Origin: Hyphochytrium catenoides
Taxonomy: Eukaryota > Protista > Hyphochytriomycota
DNA length: 64,000 nt
Assembly: GCA_900088475.1 (NCBI GenBank)
Contig: FLMG01003792.1
Span: 14,501-78,500, forward strand
Direction of reading: 5' to 3'
Shown: positions 60,422 through 64,000 of the stretch, piece by piece
How the letters are laid out: each line of letters begins with the position of its first letter
How positions within the stretch are numbered: the first letter of the stretch is position 1
Notes under the pieces: model-generated
Database searches by the model: none
The model's input: only the letters and a program-made list of their open reading frames with translations
What the model was told of the DNA's origin: nothing
Translations under genes and position numbers: made by a program

Positions 60422-62368
60422 TTCGTAAGCTGATAGAGCACTGCTACTATGGACAGGGTGTCATAATAGCGTGGCAGCAGGAGTTGGCTCTTGGGTGCCG
60501 TCCTCAAGTGAATCTCAAACCGTGTTACAGCGTGTCTTCCAACCAATGGGCGATGAAGCGCGGATATCCCTGATTTGTTGCTATCTAACACCTTTAGCCT
60601 GTTCCCTTCCCTCTTCTCCTTTAAGGTATTCTGCTCAAATGAGAAATGGGCGAAGGTCAATCAAAGAATAATGATGAAGCTAAAGCCAGACTGTTCTTCT
60701 GAGGCACACAGCACTCCAGGTAGCCGACTACAATGTTTGTACCGACAGCGCACGCTATGCACTGACCTTTGTTTGTAAGACAATCTTTCAAAAGAGAGAA
60801 GGAGCTCAGGGTACAATTCCACCACCTACACGATGATTAGCGGTTCATCAGCTCGTTCCTCAAACTCTCAACCAGACACTGCGGCAAGCGGACAGGGGCG
60901 GTATACTAGGAAGTACTGCGAGGCCTTCCTACGAAGTAATGTCAAAGGATGGAGGGGGCGTTTGACCCTACGAGTACAAGTACACCTAAATCTTCCATAG
61001 ATCAATCAACCAAGCAACAAAAGTAGAGAAGATTCACCATCTTCTGAACTGAGGCCTTCCGTCCGCTGAGCTGACATCTTCACGGAAGAAATTGAGCCAG
61101 CTCCTGGGGCTAAAGGCTGGCGGTTTGGAAGGAAGAGGGAACCAACCGGCGACAAGAACTACAGCGGGGATTGTGGAAGAAGCAATGGAAAGAAGGGGAG
61201 GAAGGGAAGAAGAAGGGCCAAGGCCAAGGTAGAGCGGAGGAGAGACGCTCTAACATTAGACAGCGGCTTCCATGAAAGGTCGTCCTGCATCTCCAGCCTT
61301 CCACATAAAGATCAACTCCATAGCGAAAAACGCTCTCATCAACACCTGGTGGCCCCTTGCTTCCGGGATGGGTGGGCAACGAGCCTGTTGACCTCAATGA
61401 TCAAAGAAGGGTGGGAACTCACTCTTCCCTCCCCCAAGTAAGGGAGAGTTTGAAATTCCCTCAGTCGTAACAGAGAGCATCTGGGACTGGAAAGCCAGTG
61501 TGTCAGCAATCAGCAACACGGTCCAGCACACAGCAACAGCAGGAAGGGAAGCGCCCGAAGCCAATGCCATAGCCAGAAGAGAAAGACACGAAGCCGGATA
61601 GAAGATGACTCCTGAAGACATAATATAGAAGGTGTAAACCTCTTCTATGACGGCTACGCCTCCCTCGCTCCGATGCTGCTGCTGAAGGATGTGAGATCCC
61701 ACGTGTCGTCAACATCCATTTATTTTGGAAGGAGGACGACCGACCGAACGATGACCAATTTTAACCAGTCTCTTCTCTCTTTTCTCGTTGATTAGAGGAG
61801 AGCAGTGAAGAAGCTGTTTGCTGCCTCCTGTAAAGAATGACTAGAAAAGCCGAAAGCTGGAAGTCGGAGACGTCGAAAGCTGCTGGAAGTTGGCGAGGCA
61901 GTAGGTCAGAAGAAGACCGACCACGCTGGGACCTATTTTGACACCAATGACGGAGACAAATTTGAATAGTCCGACGACGTCTGTATGGAAAAGACAAACA
62001 GACAGCAACAGCTGATTTGTTGGACTAGTAAGCTCTGCTACCTGGTCTGAAGCGCATCGGTTGCCTCCTTTTTTGACGCTCTCGCTTGTCTTCTTTTTTT
62101 CTTTCTTTGGTCTTTAGGATGGTACTCCCGATGGCTGTTGTTTGTTTTCGCGGGGCAGGGGTGGCGCAGGCATAAAGACTGCTCTCCTTTCCAGAAAGAA
62201 GGGCGTAGAAGAGGTATTATTATTGTTCATCAACCATCAGAATGATGCATTATTCTTCTTAGGGAGACCTCGCTCGCCGGCCCGGGGGTAAAGTGAGGGT
62301 GACCGCTGCTGCTTCTATTAGTATTAGTTAAGTAAAATTACAGAAAAGATCGGTAGTAAAAAGTCATC

Positions 62369-62850
62369 CATCATCATCTACTACATCGTGCTGTTCGAAA
62401 AGACGAGGAAGAGATGACTGCGGGATGCAAGTGGCGAGGAGGAAGAGGAGAGGAAATAGTTGTTGCTGACAGTGGTAGCGGATTTTCACTATTAAGGGAA
62501 CGCCGCCGTTGCCACCAAAATAAAGTATAGCGCTTGATGATGCCGCCTCTTCTTCTTCTTCTTAAATAGCAGCAGATCATCATCAGGATCGATTGCTGCC
62601 GCGCCTCCTCCATCATCATCTACCGTCCTGTTCGAAAAGACCAAGAAGAGATGACTGCGGGATGGAAGGTGGCGAGGAGGAAGGGGAGAGGAGATAGTTG
62701 TTGCTGACAGTGGTGGTAGCGGATTTTCACTATTAGGGGAACGCCGCCGTTGCCACAAAAATAAAGTATAGCGCTTGATGATGCCGCCGCTTCTTCTTCT
62801 TCTTCTTCTTCTCAAATAGCAGCAGACCATCAGGATCGCTGGCGCGCGCC
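62369..62850. repeat. tandem direct duplication, about 240 bp x2
   Basis: ctgttcgaaaagac...gagatgactgcgggatg...gcggattttcactatta...aaaataaagtatagcgcttgatgatgccgcc..(ctt)n..aaatagcagcaga..caggatcg occurs at about 62370-62610 and 62612-62850. Confidence 0.92.
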
Positions 62851-63429
62851 TGGCTGTTCTTCTTCAACTTTCTTCTTCTGCTGGCTGTCGTTGGAAAGCG
62901 GAATAATAAATAGATGTAGAACACAGCTTAATGCTGATGTAGTGAGGATTAGACGCCTCCCCGAGACAATATCGGTTCTCAACCCTATAATTATCATCCA
63001 GTGATTGAAGGCTACTACTAATAATTATTACTCATGATTCATCATCGTTCAAGGTCATCTTCTTCGAAGCTATTGTCCGGCATCGAAGTGGTTGTGCTAC
63101 ATGATGATGATGTATAGGGGACCGGAGGAGGCGGCGGAGATGAGGGAATGATGATGATGATGATCGATCGATGACGACGACAAAGAGCTCCTCCTTCTTC
63201 AGCAGCGTAGTAGCTTTATGTTGTCACTCCTAGCACTTCTCGGAGCAACAAATAATAACTGTGGACTTGATGCTACAATTGCCTTTACATGACGAGGGTA
63301 CAAGCTTGTCCGGCCAAGAACACCCAAATTCTGTTCGAGCACGTTACAACAATTACCGTTTAGATTCTAGATATAGACCTAATTACCATACGGATTCCCA
63401 ACAGAATGTACCGGTTTCGTTGCCGGCAA

Positions 63430-64000
63430 TTACATGCTATTGATGCTCTGGCTGTCAATGTCAACAATATTGCGGTGGGATTTCCTTTCACGGACCATTT
63501 TCTCAGTCATAGGGAAGCCACCGTCTTCCACCGCCAGAAGAGCATCCTTTGCCGCAGCCAGTGCTTCATGCTCAGTTAAGGCCCCAAGGCTTGCGTCTCT
63601 GGCCTTCTTCATTGCTTCATAGACCCGGAGGTAATCACGGGTCTTTCGAGCAAAGCGGCGAACACGTTCTAAAGGCAGGAAAGTCGAACCAAGAGAGAGA
63701 AGCACGTTGCGGGCAAGGTTTTTCGCCAAGAAGTCGTTCGTCTTGCGACGGAAGGAGAGTTTGGACTTTCCCCAACAGTACTCAATACCGACCCCTGCTA
63801 CCTCAGGATGGCATTTAGGAGATAACAGAAGGATGTGAAGCAATACCGAGTCGCGTCTCCTTTCTCATCATATACTTCCTCGCTGATAAGAAGAAGCTCG
63901 TAGGCTTTGCCGCTTGTTGCGAGGTTAATCAGTTCTTGAGCTTGGCTCTTCGCGTCTTCTGCTCTTTGTCGCAGAAGGTCTGCCTTCGACATCAGATAGC
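63430..64000 (-). mobile_element. C-terminal part of a DDE transposase (IS630/Tc1/mariner-related, PKxHxE..IE..WG..K type), frameshifted; continues off the window
   Basis: LSPKCHPEVAGVGIEYCWGKSKLSFRR...VRRFARKTRDYLRVY...KSHR in ORF 63430..63843. The upstream part is in another frame (63798..63992). Confidence 0.75.

Noticed and set aside
1-64000. CRISPR arrays, tRNA and rRNA genes
   Set aside because: No repeat-spacer structure, cloverleaf or rRNA-like sequence was recognised by eye. The tandem duplications have only two units and no spacers.

Overview
This window is eukaryotic genomic DNA: GT-AG spliceosomal introns, microsatellites and three assembly gaps. The gene content (PAN/Apple module, GPI-type surface proteins, a PKCHPE..G.GIEY.WG transposase) is compatible with a stramenopile-like protist, but that assignment is inference only. 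The dominant feature is one giant minus-strand gene (60421->34530), which the ORF track splits into about 35 fragments. Spliced by hand it gives about 39 exons and about 7,500 aa: a signal peptide, about 35 tandem ~175-265 aa DUF4082-like beta domains, and a unique C-terminal domain. Almost every domain sits on its own symmetric phase-2 exon, and the domains form a 6-exon super-repeat, (ABCDEF)2-(GBCDEF)2-GB, followed by divergent units. Other genes are an intronless AGC kinase with DFD in place of DFG, a lipocalin with an inserted PAN/Apple domain, an 11-exon OSCA/TMEM63 channel, a Cys-rich GPI-type protein and a Reeler-domain GPI-type protein. Decayed sequences include two tail-to-tail RLE-type non-LTR retrotransposon fragments, a fungal-type Na+/H+ antiporter pseudogene, a broken multi-TM gene and a DDE transposase remnant. 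All exon coordinates were read by eye and need RNA-seq confirmation.
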